Below are positions 1-9,727 of a stretch of 64,000 nt of DNA, in pieces. This DNA is from an uncultured Pseudomonadota bacterium (GTDB lineage: Bacteria > Pseudomonadota > Alphaproteobacteria > RF32 > CAG-239): the NCBI GenBank assembly GCA_949292375.1, contig CASEZG010000001.1, positions 60,679 through 124,678 of the forward strand, written 5' to 3'. Position 1 is the first letter of the stretch. Each line of letters begins with the position of its first letter. The translations under genes and the position numbers were made by a program. A model generated the notes under the pieces. That model was not told where the DNA came from. It saw only the letters and a program-made list of their open reading frames with translations, and did not search any database.

Positions 1-1088
1 ATCAATCAGGTCTTAATTCTGTTTTGGCGAACAGCAATGATTTTCAGGCAAACTCAGACCAATCTTTGTCTGTTCCGCTTAATCCGCAATATACTTTCGA
101 CAATTTTGTTGTCGGTAAAACCAACGAGTTTGCTTATGCAGCTGCGCGCAAAGTTGCGGAATCAAGAAATGTTTCTTTTAACCCCTTGTTTTTATATTCC
201 GGCGTAGGTTTGGGTAAAACGCACTTGATGCACGCTATTGCTTGGCATATTAAGCAACAAGACCCGACCAGAAATATTGTTTATTTATCTGCCGAAAAGT
301 TTATGTATAAGTTTGTTCGCGCTTTGCGTTACAAAGACACAACAGCTTTCAAAGAGCAGTTCCGTTCGGTTGATGTTTTGATGGTTGATGATGTTCAGTT
401 TATGGGCGGAAAAGACACTACACAAGAAGAGTTCTTCTATACCTTTAACTCTTTGATTGAGGAAGGTCGCCAGATTATTATCTCCGCTGATAAATCTCCG
501 GCTGATTTGGAAGGAATTGAGGCTCGCTTGAAATCTCGCTTGGGTTGTGGCTTGGTTGCCGATATTCATCCGACAGACTTTGATTTGCGTATCGGTATTT
601 TGGAAAACAAGGCTCGCCAGCTTGGTGTTGAACTTCCTCAGAAAGTTTCTGAGTTTTTGGCAAGCAAGATTACGTCTAATATTCGCGAACTCGAAGGAGC
701 TCTCCGCCGTGTGATTGCGCATTCTCAGCTTCTGAGTGACAAAGAAATTACTTTGGATATGACTCAAGATGTTTTGAAAGATATGCTGCGCTCTTATGAC
801 AAACGCACAACGATTGATGAAATCCAGAAAAAGGTTGCCGAATATTTCAATATTTCAGTTAAAGAAATGCAATCTTCTCGCAGAGCTCGCACAGTTGCTC
901 GTCCGCGCCAGATTGCTATGTATTTGGCTAAGCAACTTACCTCTCGTTCCTTACCGGAAATCGGTCGCAAATTTGACCGTGACCATACAACAGTTATGCA
1001 CGCTGTTCGCAAGGTTGAGGAGCTTATTTTGGAAGATGCTTCTCTGGCAGAAAATGTTGATGCTTTGAGAAGAACATTAGAAGCTTAA
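1..1088 (+). CDS. dnaA: Chromosomal replication initiator DnaA; C-terminal about 360 aa, the N-terminus lies upstream of the window
   Basis: The open frame reaches the window edge. AAA+ Walker [10 protein letters not shown] is present. The C-terminal domain IV DNA-binding helix reads DHTTVMHA. dnaN-recF follow. Confidence 0.9.
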   Translation, partial: QSGLNSVLANSNDFQANSDQSLSVPLNPQYTFDNFVVGKTNEFAYAAARKVAESRNVSFNPLFLYSGVGLGKTHLMHAIAWHIKQQDPTRNIVYLSAEKFMYKFVRALRYKDTTAFKEQFRSVDVLMVDDVQFMGGKDTTQEEFFYTFNSLIEEGRQIIISADKSPADLEGIEARLKSRLGCGLVADIHPTDFDLRIGILENKARQLGVELPQKVSEFLASKITSNIRELEGALRRVIAHSQLLSDKEITLDMTQDVLKDMLRSYDKRTTIDEIQKKVAEYFNISVKEMQSSRRARTVARPRQIAMYLAKQLTSRSLPEIGRKFDRDHTTVMHAVRKVEELILEDASLAENVDALRRTLEA

Positions 1089-1106
1089 ATCCGTTCTAAC
1101 TCCTTA

Positions 1107-1146
1107 AAAACAGGTTTTGCCTTTTGCGTAAAACCTGTTTTTTATT
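1107..1146 (+). terminator. Rho-independent terminator after dnaA
   Basis: The inverted repeat aaaacaggtttt ... aaaacctgtttt forms a 12-bp stem with few GC pairs and is followed by a T-run. Confidence 0.45.
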
Positions 1147-1191
1147 GTAAATAGGATTTCCGTACTTTATCTTGATGCTTGGAGAAGTGCT

Positions 1192-1641
1192 ATGAGTGAT
1201 GAGAAAATTGTAAAAGTCGGGTTAGGTTTATATATTTTCAACGAAAGACATCAGGTCTTGCTGGGTTTGAGAAAATCTGCTCACGGAAACGGCACTTGGT
1301 GTCCGCCGGGCGGGCATATGGAATATGGCGAAAGTTTTGAAGAAGGAGCTGTCCGAGAAGCTAGAGAAGAAACAGGGTTGGTTATCTCTCCTCAAGATGT
1401 TGTTTTGGCTGATGTTACCAATGATTTTTTTGAGGAATCGGGCAAGCATTATGTTACGCTTAATATGATTACACATTGCTTTAGCGGTGAACCTAAAATT
1501 ATGGAGCCGGATAAATGCGCAGAATGGCGTTGGTTTAGCGAAAACAACCTGCCCTTAAATATGTTTTTACCTGCCGCTAATTTTCTAAAAAACACAAGCT
1601 CTCGGAATACTAAAAAAGCTGTTGACGAATCGTTGTTTTAG
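1192..1641 (+). CDS. NUDIX hydrolase
   Basis: Nudix box GGHMEYGESFEEGAVREAREETGL matches GX5EX7REUXEEXGU. Confidence 0.8.
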   Translation: MSDEKIVKVGLGLYIFNERHQVLLGLRKSAHGNGTWCPPGGHMEYGESFEEGAVREAREETGLVISPQDVVLADVTNDFFEESGKHYVTLNMITHCFSGEPKIMEPDKCAEWRWFSENNLPLNMFLPAANFLKNTSSRNTKKAVDESLF

Positions 1642-1709
1642 TTTCGGTTTTTGCTAAATGGGTGCTATATTTAGTGGAAATTAGTTTATAACATTAATGG
1701 TATAAGAAA

Positions 1710-2828
1710 ATGAGATTTACAATTGAGCGCGCAAAATTGCTGAAAACTCTGAGCCACGTTCAGAGTATTGTTGAAAAGAGAAACACTATTCCGGTTCTCT
1801 CAAATGTTAAAATTGAGGCTATGGAAGACGGTATCAGCTTTAAGGCAACGGATATGGATACCGAAATTACGGAAATTGTTGATGCCAAAACAGCTGAAAC
1901 AGGTGCAACAACTGCTCCGGCGCATATGCTTTATGACATTGTCCGCAAGCTTTCCGACGGCTCTGATGTTGAGCTGACTTTTCCTGACGAAAAAGGTCAA
2001 TTAACCATTGCCTCCGGCCGGTCAAAGTTTTCTCTCTCCACCATCGGCGTAGAAGACTTTCCGGTTATCTCCGGCGACAAACTTCCGGTTAATTTTGCTA
2101 TGGGTAAAGATGAGCTCAAAGATGTTATTGACCGCACGCAATTTGCCGTTTCCACAGAGGAAACCAGATATTACCTGAATGGTTTATACATCCACGCCAA
2201 AAATGAAGGCGAGGCTAAGGTTCTGCGCGTAGTTGCTACAGACGGACACCGCTTGGCTTGTGTTGAATCTCCTTTGCCCAAAGGTGCTGAAAATATGGCC
2301 GGTGTTATTGTGCCGAGAAAGACGGTTTCTGAAGTTCGCAAGCTCTTGGATGACAGCTCTACAGACAATATCACCATTGCTTTGTCTGAAAATAAAATTC
2401 GCTTCACAATGGAAGATGTTATTTTGACGTCTAAGCTAATTGACGGAACTTATCCGGATTATGAACGTGTTATTCCGACAGATAACGACAAAGTTTTAGA
2501 GCTTGGTGTTAAAGAACTTTCTTCTGCCGTTGACCGCGTTTCGGTTGTGGCAGAAAGAACTCGCGCCATCAAAATGATTACCAACAAAAATCATGTCACT
2601 ATCACAACTTCAAGCCCTGATTTGGGTTCTGCTATGGAAGAAGTTGAGGCTAAATATGACAGCGAATCGTTGGAAATTGGCTATAACTTCCGTTATCTTT
2701 TGGATATCTTGGGCGAGGTTAAAGGCGAGAGTGTTAAAATCAGCTTTGCCGATGGTTCTTCTCCTTCCGTTATCCATGATACAAGCGACGCCAGTGCTAT
2801 TTATGTTTTGATGCCTATGCGTGTTTAA
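1710..2828 (+). CDS. dnaN: DNA polymerase III beta sliding clamp
   Basis: 372 aa. Lies between dnaA and recF. Three-domain clamp length and composition. Confidence 0.9.
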   Translation: MRFTIERAKLLKTLSHVQSIVEKRNTIPVLSNVKIEAMEDGISFKATDMDTEITEIVDAKTAETGATTAPAHMLYDIVRKLSDGSDVELTFPDEKGQLTIASGRSKFSLSTIGVEDFPVISGDKLPVNFAMGKDELKDVIDRTQFAVSTEETRYYLNGLYIHAKNEGEAKVLRVVATDGHRLACVESPLPKGAENMAGVIVPRKTVSEVRKLLDDSSTDNITIALSENKIRFTMEDVILTSKLIDGTYPDYERVIPTDNDKVLELGVKELSSAVDRVSVVAERTRAIKMITNKNHVTITTSSPDLGSAMEEVEAKYDSESLEIGYNFRYLLDILGEVKGESVKISFADGSSPSVIHDTSDASAIYVLMPMRV

Positions 2829-2833
2829 GAAAA

Positions 2834-4054
2834 ATGACGGATAATTTGGCATTAAATTTAGCTCAGTTTATGAAAGAAAAGTCAGGTGTTACACGCCTGA
2901 CTTTAACTGACTTTAGAAACTATGCGCATTTGCGGATTAATGCCAAACTTGCTCCCGTCATTATTACCGGCGAAAACGGAACAGGAAAAACCAATATTTT
3001 AGAGGCGATTTCTTTTCTTACACCCGGTCGAGGTCTTCGCTCGGCCAGATTGGCTGATATCAGAAGAATTACGCCGGCTTTGGTGAATGATGAATATAGC
3101 CCGACCGAAATATCAAACCTGAACTGGGCTGTTTCGGCCTTGGTTAACAAAGGTGATGATGAGATTGAAATCGGGACGGCGGTTGAAAGAACCACGAGAG
3201 AAACCGATGAAGATGATTTTCGCTCTTATGAACGGCGAATCGTCAAAATCAACGGGCAAAAAACATCCTCACAATCAGATTTGGGAAAATATATTTCCGC
3301 CATTTGGCTAACCCCGCAGATGGACAGATTGTTCCGCGGCGGCTCACAGCCAAGACGAAGTTTTTTGGACCGTTTGGTTTATGCTTTTGATGTAGAACAT
3401 GCCAAAAGAACGGCTAATTTTGAACATTTATACAAAGAATGGTATCAGCTACTTAAAAACGGCAATAATAACAACAATTGGCTGACCTCTTTGGAAGAAA
3501 ATATGGCAGGAATCGGCGTGGCTATTGCAGCGGCAAGGCGTGAGCTGATTGCCAAGCTGAATAAGTTTATTGAAAAAGAACCGGATGATGTTTTTCCGAA
3601 TGTTATGCTGGAGTTGGACGGCACGATAGAACAGCTTTTGGACACGATGCCGGCGATTGATGTGGAAGACTATTATATCCAAAAATTGAAGTCTCAGCGT
3701 CGCAATGTTTTGTATAATGATAATGTGGACGGAGTTAACCGCACAGACTTTAAGGTTTATTACAAAAAGAAAAGAATGCCGGCGGAACTTTGCTCTACGG
3801 GTGAACAAAAATCGCTGCTGATTAGTATTATTCTGGCTCAGACAAAATGCCAAACCTTGGATAAAGGTTTTGCGCCGGTGTTGTTGTTGGATGAGGTCGT
3901 GGCGCATTTGGACGACCTCAAACGCGAGGCTTTGCTTGAAAAAATCAGAGACCTCGGTATTCAGGCGTGGATTACGTCCACAGACCCAAGACTCTTTGCT
4001 TCTCTTTCCGATGAGGCTCAATTTTTGGAAGTTAAAAACAACAGCGTGTTTTAG
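2834..4054 (+). CDS. recF: DNA replication/repair protein RecF
   Basis: Walker A GENGTGKTNILEAI. SMC-like signature region. Position after dnaN. Contains an unusual poly-Asn insert NGNNNNNW. Confidence 0.88.
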   Translation: MTDNLALNLAQFMKEKSGVTRLTLTDFRNYAHLRINAKLAPVIITGENGTGKTNILEAISFLTPGRGLRSARLADIRRITPALVNDEYSPTEISNLNWAVSALVNKGDDEIEIGTAVERTTRETDEDDFRSYERRIVKINGQKTSSQSDLGKYISAIWLTPQMDRLFRGGSQPRRSFLDRLVYAFDVEHAKRTANFEHLYKEWYQLLKNGNNNNNWLTSLEENMAGIGVAIAAARRELIAKLNKFIEKEPDDVFPNVMLELDGTIEQLLDTMPAIDVEDYYIQKLKSQRRNVLYNDNVDGVNRTDFKVYYKKKRMPAELCSTGEQKSLLISIILAQTKCQTLDKGFAPVLLLDEVVAHLDDLKREALLEKIRDLGIQAWITSTDPRLFASLSDEAQFLEVKNNSVF

Positions 4055-5808
4055 CTCTCGTTTTGCACCATAAAGCCATCCGCCTGCATATTGTATAATT
4101 TATAATAACGGCCTTTTTTGCGCAGGAGGCTTAAGTGTGTTCCCTGCTCTACAATCCGGCCTTTTTCAAAAACAAGAATCCTATCCATCTCCCGCAAGGT
4201 GGACAAGCGGTGCGCAATGGCAATAACGGTTTTGTTTTGCATCAGGTGAATCAGGGATTTTTGAATATGTTTTTCGCTCTGGCTGTCTAAGGCCGAGGTG
4301 GCTTCATCAAAAACCAGAATCGGTGCATTTTTGAGCAGCGCGCGAGCTATGGCGATGCGCTGCCTTTCACCGCCCGACAATACAACGCCTCTATCTCCGA
4401 CTTTGGTCTGATAACCGTTCGGGAAAGCGCGGATGAACTCATCGGCTCCGGCTTGACGCGCCGCTTTGTAAACCTCTTCTTCCGTGGCATTGGTTCTGCC
4501 ATATTTAATATTTTCAAATAAAGTACGGTTGAACAAGCAAACATCTTGCGGGATGGTCGAAATAAGCTTATGCAGCGAATTTTGCGTAACATCGCGGATA
4601 TCTTTACCATTTATTTTTATGCTGCCATCATTTATATCATAATAACGCGCAATCAGTTTGATAAAAGTGGATTTACCGCTGCCGGAATGTCCGACCAAGC
4701 CCACTTTCTCTCCGGCCTTAATCGTAAGAGATAAATCTTCAAACAAATTTTTGCGACCGTTGTACGCAAAAGAAACTTTATCAAACGTGATTTCGGCCTT
4801 TTTGGCTTTGAGTTCTGTCGCATTCGGGCTATCTTTGAGTTCTGGTTCTACGGCCAAAGTATCTAACGCCGACTTTAATTGACCATGAATGCGCATAATA
4901 TTCATATAAACCCAAGTCAGCTGAAAAACCATTCCCGATATCATCGCAAAAAGCGTGTTGGCATAGATGAAGTTGGTGGTATCAATGCCACCGCGGCGAA
5001 AGACCCAAATAGAGAGCATCATAAAGCCTAACATTGAAGCAACGGAGATTAGGTTTTGGCTTAGATGAATCCAGGCTTTGACTTTTTGTTCTTTGTTTTC
5101 GGACTTACGCAGAATCCGGAGATATTTTATCAAATTAAGCCGCTCAAAGCGAAAATTGGCGAAACTTTTTATCTCGCTGTAGTTGGCAAGACTGTCTACA
5201 ATAACACCATTTGCCTGACTTTGTTGACGGCTGGTTTCTTTGGACAAGGCTGAACGCTTTTGCCCAAGTTTCCAGCTGACCAAAAGAATCATTACCAGCC
5301 AAAGCAACATCGCGCCAAAGAAATAAATATTCATCGCACTTAAAATGCTGATGGCTATCAGCACATACATTATCATAGAGGAAGACATCATAAACTCGTT
5401 AAAACCGTCTAATACACCGGTATTGAGTTGTGTGACTTTGTTGGAGATATTGCCTGACATTTCCTGATTGAAATAAGCAATAGAATGTTGGTTGGTGTAG
5501 TCAAAGCTGTCTCTGATTACTAAAGTGCGTATTTGAGGTAAAATATAAGCAGCCAGAAACATAGTAGTATCAAACAAAATAACCCTTGCTAACCCTAAGC
5601 CAAAAGCGATGAAGGCAAAATATATTATTTTTTCCCAATAATCCGGTATTCCTACCTCTCCGGCCGCCGTGTTATAGATTTTTGCCAAATAAAGCGGATA
5701 AGTCTGGTTACAAAGCTGAGCCGTAAAATTCAGCAAAAGCACAGCTATAACCAAATACTTAAAAATACAGATATAGTGCCAGAGATATTTAAATGGAGTT
5801 TTTTCCAT
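4051..5808 (-). CDS. ABC exporter with fused permease and ATPase, MsbA-like
   Basis: Six-TM N-terminal domain. Walker A GHSGSGKST. ABC signature LSGGERQRIAIARAL. Walker B ILVFDEATSALD. Confidence 0.85.
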   Translation of the reverse strand: MEKTPFKYLWHYICIFKYLVIAVLLLNFTAQLCNQTYPLYLAKIYNTAAGEVGIPDYWEKIIYFAFIAFGLGLARVILFDTTMFLAAYILPQIRTLVIRDSFDYTNQHSIAYFNQEMSGNISNKVTQLNTGVLDGFNEFMMSSSMIMYVLIAISILSAMNIYFFGAMLLWLVMILLVSWKLGQKRSALSKETSRQQSQANGVIVDSLANYSEIKSFANFRFERLNLIKYLRILRKSENKEQKVKAWIHLSQNLISVASMLGFMMLSIWVFRRGGIDTTNFIYANTLFAMISGMVFQLTWVYMNIMRIHGQLKSALDTLAVEPELKDSPNATELKAKKAEITFDKVSFAYNGRKNLFEDLSLTIKAGEKVGLVGHSGSGKSTFIKLIARYYDINDGSIKINGKDIRDVTQNSLHKLISTIPQDVCLFNRTLFENIKYGRTNATEEEVYKAARQAGADEFIRAFPNGYQTKVGDRGVVLSGGERQRIAIARALLKNAPILVFDEATSALDSQSEKHIQKSLIHLMQNKTVIAIAHRLSTLREMDRILVFEKGRIVEQGTHLSLLRKKGRYYKLYNMQADGFMVQNES

Positions 5809-5877
5809 GGGTGGTCCGTTCTATTAACTCAAAATTGACACATTGCTGATATTGTAATAATATCTTTTTTAGTTTGT

Positions 5878-6324
5878 GTGTTAACTCATCTTACAGGAAA
5901 AACTATGGAAACACAATATTACACATTAATCGAAAAGCAGGATTTTTTCGAAATTATTGAAAATAAGTTTGGCGAACTGGCTATTTTTATCGATGCCAGA
6001 GACGGAAGTCCGGTTAACCCCGTGTTGGAATTTGACGGCAAAAAAACAGCCCTCTTAAAGCGTGATGACCGCTTGGCTGTTCGGCTGGATAATATTGATG
6101 AAGAGACCAAAGGTCCTTTGGCTGAGGCTGAATTTGTTCTGATTGTTGAACTCAATGGCAAGATGGTTGAAAGAACCTATGGCGTGCCGGTTGAGAATGT
6201 TGAAGAAATCGTCTTCAAAGGTCGTCAGACCCGCGCCGATGAGCTTGTTAAGGTTAAGAGCAAGGAAGACGTTATGAAAAGTTTTGGTGCTGTTCGCAGC
6301 TGGAGTTGTGGTGGACAACAATGA
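5878..6324 (+). CDS. Hypothetical protein overlapping the EIIA start by 4 nt, possibly PTS-associated
   Basis: 148-aa ORF with no recognisable motif. The stop-start overlap atga with the downstream EIIA(Man) gene suggests co-translation. Confidence 0.45.
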   Translation: MLTHLTGKTMETQYYTLIEKQDFFEIIENKFGELAIFIDARDGSPVNPVLEFDGKKTALLKRDDRLAVRLDNIDEETKGPLAEAEFVLIVELNGKMVERTYGVPVENVEEIVFKGRQTRADELVKVKSKEDVMKSFGAVRSWSCGGQQ

Positions 6325-6719
6325 TAGGTTTGGTTTTGGTTACACACGGCAATTTGGCCAAAGAATTTATCTCTGCCATGCAACATGTGGTTGGCAAACA
6401 AGAGCAGATTGAAGCTGTTTGCATCGGTCCTGAGGATGATATGGAAATGCGCCGCGCAGAAATTTTGAAAAAAGTCGGCGAAGTCGACAAAGGACATGGC
6501 GCAATCGTTTTGACAGATATGTTCGGCGGAACACCATCAAATTTAGCCATCTCCATTATGGACAGAGCTAAGGTTGAGATTATTGCCGGAATTAATTTGC
6601 CGATGCTGATTAAATTGGCCTCCTTACGCAAGGACAAAACTCTTAAGGAAACTGTCGAGGGCGCACAGGAAGCCGGCAAAAAATATATTAATATTGCATC
6701 ACAATTGTTGGGAATGTAG
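6321..6719 (+). CDS. PTS EIIA component, mannose family, regulatory PTS(Ntr)-type
   Basis: The N-terminus MIGLVLVTHGNL is typical of EIIA-Man. An HPr-like gene follows. Confidence 0.75.
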   Translation: MIGLVLVTHGNLAKEFISAMQHVVGKQEQIEAVCIGPEDDMEMRRAEILKKVGEVDKGHGAIVLTDMFGGTPSNLAISIMDRAKVEIIAGINLPMLIKLASLRKDKTLKETVEGAQEAGKKYINIASQLLGM

Positions 6720-6723
6720 TGAG

Positions 6724-7002
6724 ATGAGTGAGAAAACTGTTTCCGCTGTTTTGGAAATCAAAAATAAAAAAGGCTTACACGCCAGAGCTGCCGCCGCTTT
6801 TGTTAAAGCTATCGAAGATTTGGATGCTGATGTTACGGTTGAGAGAATCGGTCAAAAGGTTAGCGGTTGTTCCATTATGGGACTTATGATGCTTGCCGCC
6901 GCAAAAGGCACAACCATCTCGGTTACTTGTGAAGGAAATCAGGCTCAGGAAGCTCTTGATGCTCTTACTCTTTTAATCGATAGCAAGTTCGGCGAAGAAT
7001 AA
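6724..7002 (+). CDS. Phosphocarrier protein HPr/NPr
   Basis: Active-site motif KGLHARAAAAF around His15. About 92 aa. Confidence 0.8.
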   Translation: MSEKTVSAVLEIKNKKGLHARAAAAFVKAIEDLDADVTVERIGQKVSGCSIMGLMMLAAAKGTTISVTCEGNQAQEALDALTLLIDSKFGEE

Positions 7003-7009
7003 GCCAGAA

Positions 7010-7933
7010 ATGAAGAAGAAAGCTCCCAGAAACAAAACAATCAATTTAACGCTTAAAGAAACCGCCGAATATGCGGCAAGAGCCATTAGGCTCAGAGAAA
7101 AAGTTTCTTTGGAAGAGGTTTTGAACAAAACCATTTGTCAGGATGCGCTCAAGGCTCTCGATTTTTTGCCGGATAAGAGCGTTGACCTTCTTATTGCTGA
7201 CCCGCCGTATAATCTGACCAAACTTTTTGGTAAAAATACCTTTAAAGAGATGGATTTTGAGGCTTATAAACTTTGGCTGGACAAATGGTTGGCAAAGACC
7301 GTACGCTTGTTGAAAGACAATGCTTCGGTCTATATTTGCTCTGATTGGAAGACATCTATCGCTATCCCCGAAATTGCCGGAAAATATTTTATCTTGCAGA
7401 ACAGAATCTCTTGGGAGCGGGAAAAAGGGCGCGGAGCTCTCAACAACTGGAAAAACTGCTTGGAAGATATTTGGTTCTTTACCAAGAGCAAAGAGTATAA
7501 GTTTAACCTAGATGCGGTTAAGGTTCAGCGGCCGGTTATTGCGCCGTATCGTGACGAATCCGGCAAGCCTAAGGATTGGGTGGACGACGGAAAACAGCGT
7601 TATCGTTTGACATCTCCGTCTAACGTATGGACAGACATATCCATTCCTTTCTGGTCTATGCCGGAAAATACACCCCACCCCACACAAAAGCCAGAAAAAC
7701 TTATTGCCAAACTTATCTTGGCCTCAAGTGATGCGGGGGATGTGGTGCTTGACCCGTTTTTGGGCTCCGGTACAACCTCGGTTACTGCCAAGAAGCTCGG
7801 ACGAAACTATATCGGCATTGAACGCGAAAAAGAATATGCCGCCATCGCCGAAAAACGTTTGGAAGATGCCGAATCTAACAAAAATATTCAGGGCTTTGAA
7901 AACGGAATTTTTAAAGCCAGAAATTTTATCTAG
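7010..7933 (+). CDS. ccrM: N6-adenine DNA methyltransferase, CcrM-like beta-class, short form
   Basis: DPPYN motif IADPPYNL. SAM-binding motif DPFLGSGTT near the C-terminus. Permuted beta-class order. Lacks the long C-terminal extension of canonical CcrM. Confidence 0.7.
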   Translation: MKKKAPRNKTINLTLKETAEYAARAIRLREKVSLEEVLNKTICQDALKALDFLPDKSVDLLIADPPYNLTKLFGKNTFKEMDFEAYKLWLDKWLAKTVRLLKDNASVYICSDWKTSIAIPEIAGKYFILQNRISWEREKGRGALNNWKNCLEDIWFFTKSKEYKFNLDAVKVQRPVIAPYRDESGKPKDWVDDGKQRYRLTSPSNVWTDISIPFWSMPENTPHPTQKPEKLIAKLILASSDAGDVVLDPFLGSGTTSVTAKKLGRNYIGIEREKEYAAIAEKRLEDAESNKNIQGFENGIFKARNFI

Positions 7934-8027
7934 AACTTTTATAGCCTTTTTATCTGTCTTGTTTCCGCTTATTTCATAGTTATCTCTTGTTGTGTCGTTT
8001 TTTCAACTTTTAGCAAGGAGAAAAATT

Positions 8028-8168
8028 ATGAAAAACGAGAAAAACACAACAAAATCTTGCAACAGCAACAGCAACCAAAATACTACAAAATCAGCAAGCT
8101 CTTCTTCCGATAATAATTCTAACTCTCAAAATACCAACACTGGCAAGCATTGCGGCTGCAGTAAATAG
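8028..8168 (+). CDS. Small 46-aa Asn/Ser/Thr-rich peptide with Cys11 and a C-terminal HCGC motif; not in the ORF track
   Basis: AAGGAG Shine-Dalgarno at 8015-8020 sits 7 nt before the ATG. The ORF is MKNEKNTTKSCNSNSNQNTTKSASSSSDNNSNSQNTNTGKHCGCSK. A hairpin terminator follows immediately. Confidence 0.5.
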   Translation: MKNEKNTTKSCNSNSNQNTTKSASSSSDNNSNSQNTNTGKHCGCSK

Positions 8169-8188
8169 TTTTATGCTCTGAAGCTATG

Positions 8189-8226
8189 ACCTCTGTTTTG
8201 GTTGTTAGCCAAACAGAGGTTTTTCG
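8189..8226 (+). terminator. Rho-independent terminator after the small peptide gene
   Basis: acctctgttttgg ... ccaaacagaggt forms a stem and is followed by ttttcgttg. Confidence 0.65.
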
Positions 8227-8289
8227 TTGTCAAAAAAGATTCCGGCGATTATATTGTTAAAGACAGTTTTTGAAACGGGATTTGAAAAG

Positions 8290-8910
8290 ATGAAAAGATT
8301 TTTTGCTTTGTTGCTCGGATGTGTTTGTTTGTGGACGCAAAATGCGGCGGCGCAGACTGCCGAAGATATTAAAAAAGTTGAGAACTACCTCAACAATATT
8401 AAAACAATGGAAGCTCGCTTTGTGCAAACCGCAAGCAACGGCAACACGGCAGAAGGACGATTTTATATCCAAAAACCTAACAAAATTCGGATGATTTATG
8501 ACGCTCCAACCTCGGTTCTGATTGTCGGCGACGGGAATTTTATCGTTTATAACGATACGGAACTTGATCAGGTTACACATATTGATTATGACGATATTCC
8601 GGCAAGTCTTATCTTAGCAAACGATGTGAAAATTGACGGCAAAATGGTTAAAGTTGTGGATTTTTACAAAGATGCCGGTATTAAGACGCTTACCTTAGAT
8701 TATAAAGAAAAAGGCGATATCGGCCCAATTACCTTGACTTTCAGCAACGAACCGTTTGAGCTCAAGCAGTGGAAGATTGTTGACCCGCAAAGCGTTGAGG
8801 TTACCGTTTCATTATATGATGCCGTGCGTGACCAAAAATTGGATGAAGATTTGTTTAAGTTCAAAAAAGAAAAATCTTCTCCGCTTAACTACAAGGGCAG
8901 AAAAAAATAA
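8290..8910 (+). CDS. lolA: Outer-membrane lipoprotein carrier LolA-like
   Basis: Signal peptide MKRFFALLLGCVCLWTQNAAAQ. Size and composition fit LolA. The start was moved to the internal Met that precedes the signal peptide. Confidence 0.7.
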   Translation: MKRFFALLLGCVCLWTQNAAAQTAEDIKKVENYLNNIKTMEARFVQTASNGNTAEGRFYIQKPNKIRMIYDAPTSVLIVGDGNFIVYNDTELDQVTHIDYDDIPASLILANDVKIDGKMVKVVDFYKDAGIKTLTLDYKEKGDIGPITLTFSNEPFELKQWKIVDPQSVEVTVSLYDAVRDQKLDEDLFKFKKEKSSPLNYKGRKK

Positions 8911-9723
8911 ATGACTAATCGGACTTTTAGGCTTGCAACATGGAATGTTAACTCCATTCGTATCCGTCTGGATTTGTTGAAAAAATTGGTTGAGCAAGAA
9001 CAGCCTGATGTTGTCTGTCTGCAAGAAGTCAAAGCCAAGGAAGAAGATTTTCCATTTGATGAAATCAAAGCACTTGGTTATCCGCATATTGCTTTATATG
9101 GTATGGCTGGATATAACGGCGTCTGCATCTTATCCCAAATACCGCTCAAAGATATTGAACAAAAGAACTGGGTTGGCAAAAAAGATGCCAGACATATTTG
9201 CGCAAAGGTTTTTGACGATATTGAAGTAAACAATATTTATATTCCTGCAGGCGGAGATATTCCGGACCCCATAGAAAATATTTCTTTTGCGCATAAGCTT
9301 ACGTTTATGGATGATGTGGCGGAATATTGGGAACAGCACAAAGCTGATTATGCAAACAAAAAAATGATTGTTTGCGGCGATTTTAATGTCGCACCTTTGC
9401 AAAATGATGTTTGGAATCATAAGCAAATGCTCAAAATCATTTCACATACACCGGTTGAGGTTGAACGGCTGACTAGATTAAAAAATTCTTTGGATTTTGT
9501 TGATGCTGTTCGCCATTTTTACCCTGAGCCGGAAAAAATTTATTCATGGTGGAGTTATCGCAATCCAAATTGGCAGACTAATAATAAAGGCCGTAGGCTT
9601 GACCATATATGGACAACTCCTGCTTTAGAATCGCGCTTGGTCGGTGTCAAAATCTTAAAAGAAATGCGTAGTATGGAACGCCCCTCCGATCATGTGCCGG
9701 TGGTGGCAGAGATATTGCTTTAG
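8911..9723 (+). CDS. xthA: Exodeoxyribonuclease III
   Basis: N-terminus LATWNVNSIRIR. EEP-fold catalytic motifs, including the C-terminal SDHVPV. Confidence 0.9.
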   Translation: MTNRTFRLATWNVNSIRIRLDLLKKLVEQEQPDVVCLQEVKAKEEDFPFDEIKALGYPHIALYGMAGYNGVCILSQIPLKDIEQKNWVGKKDARHICAKVFDDIEVNNIYIPAGGDIPDPIENISFAHKLTFMDDVAEYWEQHKADYANKKMIVCGDFNVAPLQNDVWNHKQMLKIISHTPVEVERLTRLKNSLDFVDAVRHFYPEPEKIYSWWSYRNPNWQTNNKGRRLDHIWTTPALESRLVGVKILKEMRSMERPSDHVPVVAEILL

Positions 9724-9727
9724 AAAG

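Noticed and set aside
3449-4021. 190-aa minus-strand ORF inside recF
   Set aside because: Entirely antisense to a strongly supported recF. Low-complexity translation, no motifs.
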